From Candidatus Bilamarchaeaceae archaeon (GTDB lineage: Archaea > Micrarchaeota > Micrarchaeia > Anstonellales > Bilamarchaeaceae), in contig JAVZJR010000001.1 in assembly GCA_038870635.1 (NCBI GenBank), positions 74,797-138,796 of the forward strand: a DNA stretch of 64,000 nt, in the 5' to 3' direction. A program made the position numbers and the translations under genes. Shown here one piece after another: positions 18,599 to 29,556 of this stretch. Numbering within the stretch: position 1 is the stretch's first letter; the number at the start of each line of letters is the position of its first letter. Under the pieces are notes generated by a model. It saw nothing but the letters and a program-made list of their open reading frames with translations. It was not told the origin of the DNA and did no database searches.

Positions 18599-19861
18599 TT
18601 AATCACTTTGCTTTTTTCCTAATTCGCTTATCTTTCTAAAACCTAACTGCTGCTGCACAAAAACATATAATCCACTTGGCACATTTCTGTTGACGACAAC
18701 ACCAGAGTGTATCCAGCAATTAGGTCCGATAAGTTTTCCTGGCATAACAGAAGCTAACACGCCAAACTTAACATTATCGCCAACTATAGCACCGAGTTTT
18801 CTTCTGCCACTATTAACCCAACCACGCTCAGTGGAAACATTGACATTTCCCTCATCAAAACGAAAATTGGCAAGTTGAGTTCCTGCTCCAAAATTAACAT
18901 TTCTACCAATGACACTATCACCTATATATGCAAGATGCTTCGCGTCTACTTCATCAAAAATAACACTTTCTTTTACTGTAACAGATTCACCAATGCAACA
19001 GTTATCCCCTATTGAAGTAGGGCCACGAATATATGCATTTGGGCCTATAATGGTATTTTTTCCGATATAAACATCTCCCTCAACATAACTGTTTATTATT
19101 CTCGCACCTTCTTCCATAATTACTTTACCAATTATAGTAGAGTTTTGTATGTCGCCTGCTTTTGGTTCCAACCTGGCCAGCATCTCCTTGTTAGCCTCAA
19201 GAAGATCCCAAGGATAACCAACATCCCACCAATAACCTTCAACTTCAATTGCTTTTGCACCTACAAGTATATCAGTAATTTCGTACTCACCTCGGGATGA
19301 GGGCTTGATATCATTTAACCTCTCAAAAACAGATGGCTCCATGCAATATATGGAAAGATTCGCAAGATTGCTTCGTGGATTTTTTGGTTTCTCTTCTATA
19401 TAACTTATTCTTCCATCCACAACATCTACAATGCCATATTTCTCAGGTTTATCTACTTTTTTTAGAGCCACTGTTATGTTGTTGCCCCCTGCCTTATGCG
19501 TTTCTAAAAGTTTTTTTATTATAGAGGAATCAAAAAGAAGATCGCCTGCGACAACTATAAAAGTATCATCTACTTTACCTTCGGCCGAAAGCAACGCTGC
19601 GGCAGTCCCATTTTCTTTTCCCTGTTCTACAACAAACAAACGAAAACCAAACTGTTGCTGAAGAGAAGAAACATAAGCAATTATTTGTTCTTTTTTCTCG
19701 CGAACAACAAAAACAAATTCATTGACCCCTGCTGCCATAAGCTCTTTTATCTGATGATAGGTTATTGGCTTTCCTGCTACTGGAAGTAAACATTTAGGGC
19801 GTGTTTCTGTAAGCGGCCACATTCTTACGCCATTACCCGCCGCCATTATTATAGCTTTCAT
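18599..19861 (-). CDS. glmU: Bifunctional sugar-1-phosphate nucleotidylyltransferase/acetyltransferase (archaeal GlmU-like)
   Basis: MAAGNGVRMWPLTETRPK, RGEYEITD, hexapeptide repeats, KLGAIVGD. Confidence 0.9.
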   Translation of the reverse strand: MKAIIMAAGNGVRMWPLTETRPKCLLPVAGKPITYHQIKELMAAGVNEFVFVVREKKEQIIAYVSSLQQQFGFRLFVVEQGKENGTAAALLSAEGKVDDTFIVVAGDLLFDSSIIKKLLETHKAGGNNITVALKKVDKPEKYGIVDVVDGRISYIEEKPKNPRSNLANLSIYCMEPSVFERLNDIKPSSRGEYEITDILVGAKAIEVEGYWWDVGYPWDLLEANKEMLARLEPKAGDIQNSTIIGKVIMEEGARIINSYVEGDVYIGKNTIIGPNAYIRGPTSIGDNCCIGESVTVKESVIFDEVDAKHLAYIGDSVIGRNVNFGAGTQLANFRFDEGNVNVSTERGWVNSGRRKLGAIVGDNVKFGVLASVMPGKLIGPNCWIHSGVVVNRNVPSGLYVFVQQQLGFRKISELGKKQSD

Positions 19862-19913
19862 TCTCCCACCAAAAAAACTATTTGCAAGAAGTGATTTATA
19901 ATAATTTGCAACA

Positions 19914-20999
19914 CTACCTGTTAAAATATATAAGCTCGTAAAGCTTTTCTCTATCAAGCTTATCTAAAAATTCTTTTTTTATTTTAATAAACGTTTCATT
20001 ATCTAATGGTGTTTTTTCTTTTTTAGAATCTGCAGATTGGCGAAGAGATTTTGCTCTTATTTGTATATTTTCCTTTGAGGCAGGAGGTTGTCCTGGTCCG
20101 CCCACGCAACCAAAAGGACACATCATAATTTCAACTAGATGGTAGGTTTGGCCAGCTTTAATTTCCTCGTATAGCTTTTCAAAATTAGGCAGACCGTGTA
20201 CTATCGCTATATTTAGAATATGTTTTCCTATCTTCACTGTTTTTTTTCTTATTTCACCATTATCCCTAAAATCAGTTATCTCGATTTTCTCCCCATACAT
20301 TTGGGCGAGGGTAGTAATTATTGCTTCTGTAACGCCTCCGGTAGCTCCAAAAACCACTCCATCTTTTGAGCTATTCGGCATAAAAGAGGAAAATTTATCT
20401 TCTGGCAAGCTGTTAAAATCTATTCCTTTTTTCTTTGCCCATTGCGCAAGTTCTACAGTAGTAACAACATAATCAACATATCGATTACCATTCCTCATAA
20501 CTTCTAGTGTTTCATATTTTTTAAGAGCACATGGCATTACACCAACTATTATTATGTCTTCTGGTTTTCTATTCAATTTCTCCGCAAAATAATACTTTGC
20601 CACTGCCCCTATTGTCATTTGTGGTGATGCAACAATAGTTATATTACCTAAAAGTTCTGGATGCATCTTTCCCGCATACATTCGCCAGCCGATGCAACAG
20701 GAATTAAAAATCGGAAATTTTCCTCCTCCATTGTCTAATCTTTCCTTTAAATCTTCGGCTTCATAATAAGTACTTATATCTGCACCAAGTGGGGTATCCA
20801 CCACTTCTTGAAAACCGAGTTTTTTTAGCAGTGTTATCGCCTTTCCTTCCACGTTTGTGCCCACTGGAAAGCCAAACAACTCCCCTAATGCAACTCTAAC
20901 AGCAGGAGCAAGTTCTGCTATCACAATCTTTCCGCTCTTCATTTCATTTTCTATTTTTTCAAAAAGTGCATCACCATAAATAATTCTGTCATTGGCCAT
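19914..20999 (-). CDS. Minimal [FeFe]-hydrogenase (H-cluster domain only)
   Basis: APAVRVALGE, NSCCIGW (L1), MPCALKKYE (L2), FGATGGVTEA and EIMMCPFGCVGGPGQP (L3). Confidence 0.93.
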   Translation of the reverse strand: MANDRIIYGDALFEKIENEMKSGKIVIAELAPAVRVALGELFGFPVGTNVEGKAITLLKKLGFQEVVDTPLGADISTYYEAEDLKERLDNGGGKFPIFNSCCIGWRMYAGKMHPELLGNITIVASPQMTIGAVAKYYFAEKLNRKPEDIIIVGVMPCALKKYETLEVMRNGNRYVDYVVTTVELAQWAKKKGIDFNSLPEDKFSSFMPNSSKDGVVFGATGGVTEAIITTLAQMYGEKIEITDFRDNGEIRKKTVKIGKHILNIAIVHGLPNFEKLYEEIKAGQTYHLVEIMMCPFGCVGGPGQPPASKENIQIRAKSLRQSADSKKEKTPLDNETFIKIKKEFLDKLDREKLYELIYFNR

Positions 21000-21877
21000 T
21001 ACATCTTCCTCAATCTTGTGATTCTTTCATCTATTGGTGGGTGAGTAGAAAATAATCCCGCCGCTTTTTTGAATGGATCAGCGATAAAAAGAGACGCAGT
21101 AGTCTCGTTTGCAGCTTGCATTTTATATGGATAAGCTTTTATTTTTTCAAGTGCTCGCGCAAGCCCTTCTGGATAACGAGTAAGCTTTGCTGCATTTGCG
21201 TCTGCTAAGTACTCTCTTTCACGCGATATCGCCATCCTAATAAAAAAAGCAATGAGTGGCGCGATTATCATGAAAATAAGGCCCAAAATCAGTAGAAAAC
21301 CGCTGCCTTTTTTATTATCTCTCCCCCTGCCCCAAAAGAAAGTTCTTAAGAAAATTTCAGAGATAAGACCGATTGCGCCAACAAGAGCAACTGTGAGCAT
21401 CATAAAACGAATATCATAGTTTGCTATATGCGAGATTTCATGCGCGAGGACACCTGCAAGTTCTTCTTTTTTCATGCTATCCAACAAACCAGTTGTTACT
21501 GCGATTGCAGAATGTTGCGGATCTCTTCCAGTTGCAAAAGCATTTGGAAAAGGGTCGTTTATTATATATATCTTTGGAGTCGGTATTCCTGCGGCCATTG
21601 CAAGACCTTCCACAACATTATAGATATATGGATTATCTTGGTGTTTTAGCTCTTTAGCACCACTTAGTGCAAGAATAACTTTATCACCTGCGTAATATGC
21701 TCCAAGGATATAAATTATAAGAATTATAAAACCAAAAACATAACCACAAATCCCATAATCTAACACTTCGGATATTATATATATTAGGATTAAAAAAATA
21801 AGAACAACAGCAAAAATAAGAAGAAGGGAATTTCTTTTGTTTTGCTCGATTGCATCAAAAAAACTTACTTTTTCCAT
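20999..21877 (-). CDS. htpX: Zinc metalloprotease HtpX (M48)
   Basis: PNAFATG, LAHEISH, SREREYLADA and FSTHPP motifs. Confidence 0.95.
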   Translation of the reverse strand: MEKVSFFDAIEQNKRNSLLLIFAVVLIFLILIYIISEVLDYGICGYVFGFIILIIYILGAYYAGDKVILALSGAKELKHQDNPYIYNVVEGLAMAAGIPTPKIYIINDPFPNAFATGRDPQHSAIAVTTGLLDSMKKEELAGVLAHEISHIANYDIRFMMLTVALVGAIGLISEIFLRTFFWGRGRDNKKGSGFLLILGLIFMIIAPLIAFFIRMAISREREYLADANAAKLTRYPEGLARALEKIKAYPYKMQAANETTASLFIADPFKKAAGLFSTHPPIDERITRLRKM

Positions 21878-21894
21878 TTTAGAAAATCACCGTT

Positions 21895-22479
21895 TTAATC
21901 AAATTTTACCTTTACTGCTTCTTTTTCTGTTGCAGCTGCTTCAAACAATGGTTCATGCTTAAAACCAAAGATACTAGCAATTATGTTGCTTGGGAAAACA
22001 TCACATGCTGTATTAAATTCATATACTGCGTCATTGTACGCTGTCCTTATATAAGATATTTTATCTTCTGTACCTGTAATTTCATCTTGCAATTTTTGGA
22101 AATTTTCGCTTGCGCGAAGTTGGGGATAATTCTCTGCAACCGCAAAAATAGATTTTAATGTAGCAGAGAGTACATTGTTAGCCTTTGCTCTTTCTTCAAC
22201 ATTCCCACTTATGAGTTGTGCGCGTAATTTCGTGATTTCCGTTAGAGTTGCTCTTTCGTGTTTCATATAACCCTTTACGGTTTCTACAAGATTCGGTATG
22301 AGGTCGTATCTTCTTTTAAGTTGGACGTCAATTTGCGCCCAAGCGTTTTTTACTCTATTTCTTAGGGTTATCAAACGATTATAAACCATTACAACATATG
22401 CAAGAATTACAACTAACAAAGCACCAATACATAAAACAGCTGTACTAGCCAGACCCAATCCAAATAATTCAAAAGCCAT
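21895..22479 (-). CDS. lemA: LemA family protein
   Basis: N-terminal TM; YNRL, QIDVQLKRRYDLIPNLV, ENYPQLRA and FPSNIIA motifs. Confidence 0.95.
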   Translation of the reverse strand: MAFELFGLGLASTAVLCIGALLVVILAYVVMVYNRLITLRNRVKNAWAQIDVQLKRRYDLIPNLVETVKGYMKHERATLTEITKLRAQLISGNVEERAKANNVLSATLKSIFAVAENYPQLRASENFQKLQDEITGTEDKISYIRTAYNDAVYEFNTACDVFPSNIIASIFGFKHEPLFEAAATEKEAVKVKFD

Positions 22480-22530
22480 ATCCACCACCAGCAATATAAT
22501 AACAAATAGTTTAATTAATACATAATATAA

Positions 22531-22851
22531 TTATTCTATTGAAGAACTACAAAATTTGCAGATTGATACGTATTTTTCGTATTCATTAGCGCACACAGGG
22601 CAAACATAAATAAAGCGTACAGATTTTTCAGAAGCAAGATTGTAACCGCACTTTGTGCATCTCCCATTATCAAGTTCGTTTAAAGAACCACATTTAGGGC
22701 ATTTTCGTGCTATGATGTTATGTAGATTAAACCCACATTTAGCGCACCTTTCTGATGAGCTTTCACATTCCGCTCCGCACTTGGGACAGGAAAAGTAATA
22801 TATCGCTTTCTTTGGACCAAAGATACTACTCAAAAAATCAAAAAAACCCAT
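22531..22851 (-). CDS. Multi zinc-ribbon protein
   Basis: Six CxxC motifs in 106 aa. Confidence 0.8.
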   Translation of the reverse strand: MGFFDFLSSIFGPKKAIYYFSCPKCGAECESSSERCAKCGFNLHNIIARKCPKCGSLNELDNGRCTKCGYNLASEKSVRFIYVCPVCANEYEKYVSICKFCSSSIE

Positions 22852-22918
22852 AAAGACATTTTGTACTTAAAATTTAAATTCTTTCCTATGATAATGTTAG
22901 CAAAAAAAGGTGCTAATT

Positions 22919-23893
22919 ATGGCTGATGACAAAGAAGAGGATTATTTGCCTTGGACAGAAAAATACAGACCAAAAAAACTTTCAGAAGTTGTTGGTCAGA
23001 AAGAAACTGTAGAAACATTAAAGGCTTATGTAAAAGCAGGAAATATGCCTAACATGCTTTTTTCAGGACCGCCAGGTGTTGGCAAAACAACATGTGCACT
23101 TGCGTTGGCGCATGAGATATATGGAAAAGACATAAGCGGGAATTTTTTAGAGCTCAACGCAAGCGATGAGAGGGGGATAGATGTTGTACGTGGTAGAATA
23201 AAAGATTTTGCACGCAGCGTTTCACTCGGTGGCGTGCCATTTAAGATAATATTTTTAGATGAAGGTGATGCGCTTACCGCTGATGCGCAACAAGCACTCA
23301 GAAGAACAATGGAAAGCTATTCAAAAGTAACTCGTTTCATCATATCTGCTAATTATTCATCAAAGATAATTGAGCCCTTGCAAAGCCGTTGTGCGATATT
23401 TAGATTTTTGCCTATTGAGGAAAAAGATGTTAAAAAAGCACTTGAGCATATCGCAAAAGAAGAAAAACTTAAAGTGGATGAAGAAGCGCTTTCAGCTATA
23501 TATTATGTTTCAGAAGGAGATATGAGAAAAGCAATAAACATATTGCAAGGCGCAGCGATGCATTCCAACCATATAACAGCAGAACTTGTCCATAAGATAA
23601 GCAGCAGGGCAAAACCAAAAGAGATAAGGGAAATGGTAGACCTTGCGCTTAAGGGAGACTTTAAAGGAGCGCGGGAAAGATTAGATAAACTTATAATAGA
23701 ATACGGTTTAAGTGGAGAAGACGTGATATTCCAAATATACAGAGAAATACCATCACTTGAAGTATCAGAAGAGAAAAAAGTGCTTCTCATTGACAGAATT
23801 GGAGAATACAATTTCAGGTTGGTGCAAGGCGCAAACGAAAGAATACAAATAGAAGCTTTGTTAGCGCACTTTACTGCTATAGGTAAAAGGTAA
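22919..23893 (+). CDS. rfcS: Replication factor C small subunit
   Basis: PWTEKYRP, GPPGVGKT, ELNASDERG and LQSRC motifs. Confidence 0.97.
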   Translation: MADDKEEDYLPWTEKYRPKKLSEVVGQKETVETLKAYVKAGNMPNMLFSGPPGVGKTTCALALAHEIYGKDISGNFLELNASDERGIDVVRGRIKDFARSVSLGGVPFKIIFLDEGDALTADAQQALRRTMESYSKVTRFIISANYSSKIIEPLQSRCAIFRFLPIEEKDVKKALEHIAKEEKLKVDEEALSAIYYVSEGDMRKAINILQGAAMHSNHITAELVHKISSRAKPKEIREMVDLALKGDFKGARERLDKLIIEYGLSGEDVIFQIYREIPSLEVSEEKKVLLIDRIGEYNFRLVQGANERIQIEALLAHFTAIGKR

Positions 23894-23899
23894 TATAAA

Positions 23900-24577
23900 A
23901 TGAGTAGAATAATTTTATTTTTGATTATTTTTTTAGGTATTTTAAATGCTATTCAAATACCAATATACGAAGAAAAAGAAACCGGTGCGACAGGTACGGC
24001 GCACTTTAGTATTAAAGTATATTATGATTGCGAAAAAATGATAACAATTGAGGTAGCCGACGAAGCAACAAACCAGCCAATACAAAATGCTCAAATTTTT
24101 GTTTTTTATGAAGAAAGATATACGTCTTTGCTTGGAAGTGGAAAAACAAACAACGAAGGGATATATAACTACTCTCTTATAGGAAACCCGCAAAACATGA
24201 AAAATTTATTCCTCATAACTTTTGAAAAAAGTGGCTATAGAACAAAAGAAGTGCACTTTTTCATTCCTCAATACTGCGTGGAAATAAAGAAAGAAGAAAA
24301 TGGCGCCAACGATTCGGTAACAAATAAAAAGAACGATACAATAGATGACAAAACTACGCCTTCTGTCAATGAGCAAAAAAGTAAAAACGAGGAGAACGCT
24401 TCGATAAGAAATAACAATCAGACAAGCCAAAACATTGAAGAAACGAAAAAAGAAAAAAATGATGAAAACCAAATTGAAGAAAGTAAAAAACAATTTTGTT
24501 GTATAAGCGGGATAGTGTCGCTACTGACTTTTGCTTTTTTGCTCATCCAAAATCGCAAGCGCTCCAACCACATTTAG
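23900..24577 (+). CDS. Hypothetical exported protein with a C-terminal CC-hydrophobic-basic tail
   Basis: Signal peptide; beta-sandwich-like domain; N/E/K linker; FCCISGIVSLLTFAFLLIQNRKR. Confidence 0.7.
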   Translation: MSRIILFLIIFLGILNAIQIPIYEEKETGATGTAHFSIKVYYDCEKMITIEVADEATNQPIQNAQIFVFYEERYTSLLGSGKTNNEGIYNYSLIGNPQNMKNLFLITFEKSGYRTKEVHFFIPQYCVEIKKEENGANDSVTNKKNDTIDDKTTPSVNEQKSKNEENASIRNNNQTSQNIEETKKEKNDENQIEESKKQFCCISGIVSLLTFAFLLIQNRKRSNHI

Positions 24578-24662
24578 GGCATTCGATACATCCCTCTCGA
24601 TGAATTAGTAACGCGCCACAAACAGGACATTTTTCAAGTTTATGATTTTCGTTTTCTTCCAT
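24543..24662 (-). CDS. 39-aa zinc-ribbon protein resembling the class II RNR C-terminal module (not in ORF track)
   Basis: Manual translation MEENENHKLEKCPVCGALLIHREGCIECPKCGWSACDFG*. Confidence 0.7.
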   Translation of the reverse strand: MEENENHKLEKCPVCGALLIHREGCIECPKCGWSACDFG

Positions 24663-24666
24663 ATAA

Positions 24667-25002
24667 TCATTTAAGAAGGCCGCCAAGCGACTTTATGCTT
24701 TTTATTATACCTTCTGATTTTGCCTTCCACCCTGCAAGGAAGCCTTTTAATTTTTCGGAGCCACGAAGTAATGATAAGATTTCACCAGCTGCATTTAGCA
24801 TCTTTTTCTCTGAAGTAAAACTGCCGCCTTCATGGAGCACTCGAAGAAGTTCAGTAACTCCTGCTTTGGTATACATGTGTTCTCCTGTTTTGGGATCTAT
24901 TTTATTTGTCCACTCTTTTACAAAAGCCTGTGCCTCCGGACTTTTTATAAATTCTTTAAAGGAGGAACCTCTTTCCTCTTTTTTTTCCTCAGGTTTAACC
25001 AT
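24667..25002 (-). CDS. Hypothetical protein
   Basis: Open frame with a typical K/E-rich composition; start placed at MVKPEE (uncertain). Confidence 0.55.
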   Translation of the reverse strand: MVKPEEKKEERGSSFKEFIKSPEAQAFVKEWTNKIDPKTGEHMYTKAGVTELLRVLHEGGSFTSEKKMLNAAGEILSLLRGSEKLKGFLAGWKAKSEGIIKSIKSLGGLLK

Positions 25003-25102
25003 TTCTTCTTTATAGATACCAAACCATTCAAGCATTATGGTCACCTTATGCTTTGAGATAGGTATATTAAAATTTATAAATATTAACAGGTTTTGTTTAA
25101 AC

Positions 25103-26017
25103 ATGAAAAGTAGAATATACTTCCTAATGAGTATGCTAATCGTCTTTTTACTCTTAAGTGGTTGCATAAATATACCTACAAATGAAAAAGGAGTAGAAAA
25201 ATACGAAAAACAAAATAATGAATTAAAAAATGAGGACACTAAAGCGGTAAATACTCAAGAACAAAAAATTATAGATAACAAAACACAACAAACTGAGACA
25301 GATGAAAATAAATCAGTTTCAATTGAAGAAGAAATAAAGAAAACTAAAAAAAAGGAGATAAATTTCAAAACGAAAGATTCGTGGTTGATATATGGAGATA
25401 TATATTATTCAAAAACAAAAGAGCCGCAAAAAGCAATAGTTTTGCTTCATCAATTGGGGTCAGATAGAAATGATTACGCTTCACTCATACCGCCACTACA
25501 AGAAGCATTTCCAGAATACGATATAATAGCACTTGATTTAAGAGGTCATGGCAAAAGTACAAACTTAGGCAGTTACAGCAACTTTGGGAGCGGTGATTAT
25601 AAAGCGATGAAAAATGATGTTGAAGGGTTGAAAACTTATCTTGATGTAGAGAGACCAACAATAAAAGAATTTTACTTAGTAGGCTCAAGTATTGGAAGCT
25701 CAGTTGCGCTTGACTACGCAGCAAATAGCGGTTTTGTTAAAAAAGTGATAATGATATCGCCTGGTATTGCATACAAAAATTACAATATAAAAGAAGCTGC
25801 AAAAGATTATATGTACGGCTTGTACTTAGTAGCTGCAGAAGAAGATGATTACTCTGCTCAATCAGCAGAAGAGATATATCATTTATCTCCATCAGACTCA
25901 AAAGTCTTAAAGATATATTACAATATGGGAGCGCATGGTATGGAGTTAAGTGAAAAAACAAAAAACGAAAGCGAGCCACTTAATAGTCTAATTATAAAAT
26001 GGATTGGAAAAAACTAG
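25103..26017 (+). CDS. Alpha/beta hydrolase lipoprotein
   Basis: LLSGC lipobox; [13 protein letters not shown] nucleophile elbow; C-terminal AHG. Confidence 0.88.
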   Translation: MKSRIYFLMSMLIVFLLLSGCINIPTNEKGVEKYEKQNNELKNEDTKAVNTQEQKIIDNKTQQTETDENKSVSIEEEIKKTKKKEINFKTKDSWLIYGDIYYSKTKEPQKAIVLLHQLGSDRNDYASLIPPLQEAFPEYDIIALDLRGHGKSTNLGSYSNFGSGDYKAMKNDVEGLKTYLDVERPTIKEFYLVGSSIGSSVALDYAANSGFVKKVIMISPGIAYKNYNIKEAAKDYMYGLYLVAAEEDDYSAQSAEEIYHLSPSDSKVLKIYYNMGAHGMELSEKTKNESEPLNSLIIKWIGKN

Positions 26018-27123
26018 AAGATGCCTAAAAACTTTTTACCACTTTCTTTTTCAAATTCTTCAAGAAGTTCTCTTTGCCTTTTAGATAATTTCTTTGGTAT
26101 TTCTACTTTTATATGAATTTTGAGGTCTCCCCTGCCGCTTCTCTGAAGACGAGGCATTCCTAAACCTTTTAGAGAAATAGTATCTCCCGGTTGCGTGCCT
26201 GCGGGGATAGTTATTTTTTTCTTTCCATCTACAAGAGTTTGTATCTCAATTTCTTTTCCTAAAGCGGCTGCTGTAAAAGGAATCGTATACTCAGTAATAA
26301 GGTCATCACCTTGCCGAGAGAATAAAGGATGTTTTTTTATCCTAACATCGATATAAAGGTCACCATAGCCTCCTTTATCATATTCTCCGCCATTATCTAT
26401 TCTTATTCGCATCCCATCGAATGCGCCCGCTGGTATACCAATAACCATTTTTTCTTTTTGTTTTTTTATACCACTGCCTTCGCAAGCGCGGCATATTTTT
26501 TCATGAATCTTTCCACTTCCACCACATTTACGACAAGTAGTAATGGCTTGAAAAGTCATTGGACCCATTCTTTTAGTAGAGCGTACCTGCCCCCTGCCGC
26601 CGCAATCAGGGCAAAGGCGTAAAGAAGAACCAGGTTCTGCACCACTTCCGTTGCATACGTCACAACGTTTGTTCCTTACAAATTCAACTGTATGACTTAC
26701 TCCTCTGGCAGCATCTTCTAATGTTATTTGAACAGTAGCTTGAAGGTCTGCACCTTTTCTTGCTCGTGAACTTCTACTAAAGCCGAAAATATCAAATGGA
26801 TTTTTGCCAAATCTTCCAAAAGGCCCAAAACCAAACTCAGCGAAAAGATCTTCGAAATCAGAAAAGTCTGCACCTCTGAATATATCTTCCTGCGTATAGT
26901 ATTGGCCAAAACCTTCATGACCATAGGTATCGTACTGCCTTCTCTTCTCATCATCGCTAAGTACAGCATAAGCTTCATTTATCTCTTTGAACTTTTCCTC
27001 TGCTTCTTTTGATTTGTTGCGATCAGGATGATATTGTAGCGCTAGCTTTCGATAGGCGTTCTTTATCTCTTCTTTAGTTGCGTTCCTTGAAACACCGAGA
27101 ATTTCGTAATAATCTCTCTTCAT
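26014..27123 (-). CDS. dnaJ: Chaperone DnaJ
   Basis: J domain with HPD, G/F region, four CxxCxGxG repeats. Confidence 0.97.
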   Translation of the reverse strand: MKRDYYEILGVSRNATKEEIKNAYRKLALQYHPDRNKSKEAEEKFKEINEAYAVLSDDEKRRQYDTYGHEGFGQYYTQEDIFRGADFSDFEDLFAEFGFGPFGRFGKNPFDIFGFSRSSRARKGADLQATVQITLEDAARGVSHTVEFVRNKRCDVCNGSGAEPGSSLRLCPDCGGRGQVRSTKRMGPMTFQAITTCRKCGGSGKIHEKICRACEGSGIKKQKEKMVIGIPAGAFDGMRIRIDNGGEYDKGGYGDLYIDVRIKKHPLFSRQGDDLITEYTIPFTAAALGKEIEIQTLVDGKKKITIPAGTQPGDTISLKGLGMPRLQRSGRGDLKIHIKVEIPKKLSKRQRELLEEFEKESGKKFLGIF

Positions 27124-27137
27124 TAATTCACTTCCTA

Positions 27138-29021
27138 TTAATTACTGTCTTCTGGCCTTTTTTGACCTCCAGTGCCATATCCCTCATAAGAGTTCCCCCC
27201 TGTATCGCCACTTGAGTAGCTACCACCTGCGCCAGGCCCAGGTCCTTCAGTACTGCCAAAACTTCCGCCGCCAGTGCTTTGCTGATAGAAAGAACCACCG
27301 ATCTTTTCTAAAACTTTTTTAAGTTGGTCAGTTAAATCATGAATCTTAGCTATGTCATCGCCTTTCATAGCCTCTAACAATTGCTCTTTTGCTTTTTTCA
27401 CTTCATTCTTTTGCTCCTCTCCTATTTTATCCTTAAACTCTTCTAGCATTTTATCTCCAGCGTATATGACAGATTCCGCATTATTTTTTGCCTGTGCAAG
27501 CTCATATTGTTTCTTATCTTGCTCTGCGTATTGCTCTGCCTCGCGCATTCTTTTTTGTATTTCCTCTTCGCTCATTTTGTGAGGCGCAACAATTTGTATT
27601 CTCTGTTCTTTACCAGTAGCCTTGTCTTTTGCTGAAACATTTAGTATGCCATTGGCATCAATATCAAAAGTTACTTCTATCTGTGGAACGCCACGAGGAG
27701 CGGGGGGGATACCGGTAAGTGTGAAACGACCAAGTGAAATGTTATCTTTTGCCATTGGCCTCTCTCCCTGAAGCACGTGTATATCAACCGAAGTTTGAAA
27801 ATCTGCAGCAGTAGTGAAGATTTGTGATTTTCTTGTAGGAATAGTGGTGTTTCTTTCGATAATCTTTGTCATTACGCCGCCAAGAGTTTCTATACCAAGA
27901 GTAAGCGGTGTTACATCAAGCAAAACAATATCTTTTATTTCTCCTGAAAGGACTCCGCCTTGGATGGCCGCACCCATAGCAACACATTCCATTGGATCGA
28001 TGCCGCGCTCCACTTTTTTGCCAACTATATCCTCAACGAATTTTTGGATAATAGGCATTCGTGTAGGACCACCAACAAGTATAACTTTATCTATTTGACT
28101 CGGCATAAGTTTAGCGTCAGCTAGTGCACGCTCTACAGGACCGCTGCAACGCTCTACGATTGGCCTAACAAGATCTTCGAGCTTGGCCCTTGTGAGTTTG
28201 TAAGTAAAGTGTTTAGGAGTATTGTTTACAGATGTTAGGAAAGGTAAATTTATTTCAGTCTCAAGCATTGTTGATAGCTCTATCTTTGCTTTTTCTGCAG
28301 CTTCCCATATCCTATTTACTGCTTGTTTATCATTTCTTATATCTACACCACTTTGTTTTCTGAATTCATCTATCAAGAACTCTGCGATTACTCTATCCAT
28401 ATCAGTTCCACCGAGTTGGGTATCTCCAGCAGTTGCTTTTACCTCAAAAACACCACCACCAAATTCCATTATAGTAACATCTAAAGTACCGCCACCTAAA
28501 TCAAAAACCATTATCTTCATGTCTTTTCCAACTTTATCAAGCCCGTAAGCAAGACAGGCAGCAGTAGGCTCATTAACTAAACGCACTACTTCTAAGCCAG
28601 CGATTCTTCCTGCATCTTTTGTTGCCTGCCTTTGATTATCATTGAAGTAAGCGGGCACTGTTATAACTGCTTTTGTAACTGGTTCACCTAAATGAGCTTC
28701 TGCATCTTTTTTTATTTTCTGCAATATAAAAGCAGAGAGTTCTTGCGGCGTGTACTCTTTTCCTCTAATGTTGTAACGAAAAGTTGTTCCCATCTTACGT
28801 TTAAAACCAGTTACTGTTCCTTCTGGATTAGCGACAAGTTGTCTTTTTGCTGGCTCTCCAACAAGACGTTGACCATCTGCTGTAAAAGCTACATAACTGG
28901 GAAACGACTTTCCATAGAGTGATGTCCCTTCACTACTTGGAATTATACGTGGTTTTCCACCATCTAAATAAGCTGCTGCACTATTTGAAGTTCCTAAATC
29001 TATCCCTATAATTCTACTCAT
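27138..29021 (-). CDS. dnaK: Chaperone DnaK
   Basis: [25 protein letters not shown] and [12 protein letters not shown] motifs. Confidence 0.98.
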   Translation of the reverse strand: MSRIIGIDLGTSNSAAAYLDGGKPRIIPSSEGTSLYGKSFPSYVAFTADGQRLVGEPAKRQLVANPEGTVTGFKRKMGTTFRYNIRGKEYTPQELSAFILQKIKKDAEAHLGEPVTKAVITVPAYFNDNQRQATKDAGRIAGLEVVRLVNEPTAACLAYGLDKVGKDMKIMVFDLGGGTLDVTIMEFGGGVFEVKATAGDTQLGGTDMDRVIAEFLIDEFRKQSGVDIRNDKQAVNRIWEAAEKAKIELSTMLETEINLPFLTSVNNTPKHFTYKLTRAKLEDLVRPIVERCSGPVERALADAKLMPSQIDKVILVGGPTRMPIIQKFVEDIVGKKVERGIDPMECVAMGAAIQGGVLSGEIKDIVLLDVTPLTLGIETLGGVMTKIIERNTTIPTRKSQIFTTAADFQTSVDIHVLQGERPMAKDNISLGRFTLTGIPPAPRGVPQIEVTFDIDANGILNVSAKDKATGKEQRIQIVAPHKMSEEEIQKRMREAEQYAEQDKKQYELAQAKNNAESVIYAGDKMLEEFKDKIGEEQKNEVKKAKEQLLEAMKGDDIAKIHDLTDQLKKVLEKIGGSFYQQSTGGGSFGSTEGPGPGAGGSYSSGDTGGNSYEGYGTGGQKRPEDSN

Positions 29022-29033
29022 AATATCACCTCT

Positions 29034-29552
29034 TTAATTTTTTTCATTTTTATTATCATTACTTTTTCTACCTATTATCACTTTTGCATGGCGCAATACT
29101 TTTCCATTGAGAAGATAACCTTTTTGCACTACTGCCAAAATCTTTCCATCTTCTCCTTCTTCTGTTTTTACCGCTTCATGAAGATAAGGATCAAATCTAC
29201 CGCTACTTAAATCCATTTCCTCTAAACCTTCTTTTTTTAATGTAGAAAAGAGATTTTTGTATACTAAATCCATACCGTGGCGAAATTCTTCTGCATTATT
29301 TTTCTGTTGTAAACCAAGTTCAAATTGATCCAAGATAGGCAATATATTAAGAATTAAAGATGCTTTACTACTCTTTGCAAAGTCAACCTTTTCTTTTTCA
29401 GCTTTTTTTATGTAGTTATCAAAATCAGCATGAAGGCGCAAAAGCTTGTCCTCTAACTCTTTAAGGCGTTCCTCCAGCTTCTGCGCCCCTTCGTTGTCTT
29501 TTTCTTCATTCTGTTTTTTCTCTATTTTTTTCTCGTCGTTTTTTTCGCTGAT
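29034..29552 (-). CDS. grpE: Nucleotide exchange factor GrpE (start non-canonical; see findings)
   Basis: RLHADFDNY, FDPYLHEAV and QKGYLLNGKVLRHAKV motifs; the frame stays open 37 codons upstream of the track's TTG to an ATC after GGTGAT. Confidence 0.9.
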   Translation of the reverse strand: MSEKNDEKKIEKKQNEEKDNEGAQKLEERLKELEDKLLRLHADFDNYIKKAEKEKVDFAKSSKASLILNILPILDQFELGLQQKNNAEEFRHGMDLVYKNLFSTLKKEGLEEMDLSSGRFDPYLHEAVKTEEGEDGKILAVVQKGYLLNGKVLRHAKVIIGRKSNDNKNEKN

Positions 29553-29556
29553 AACA

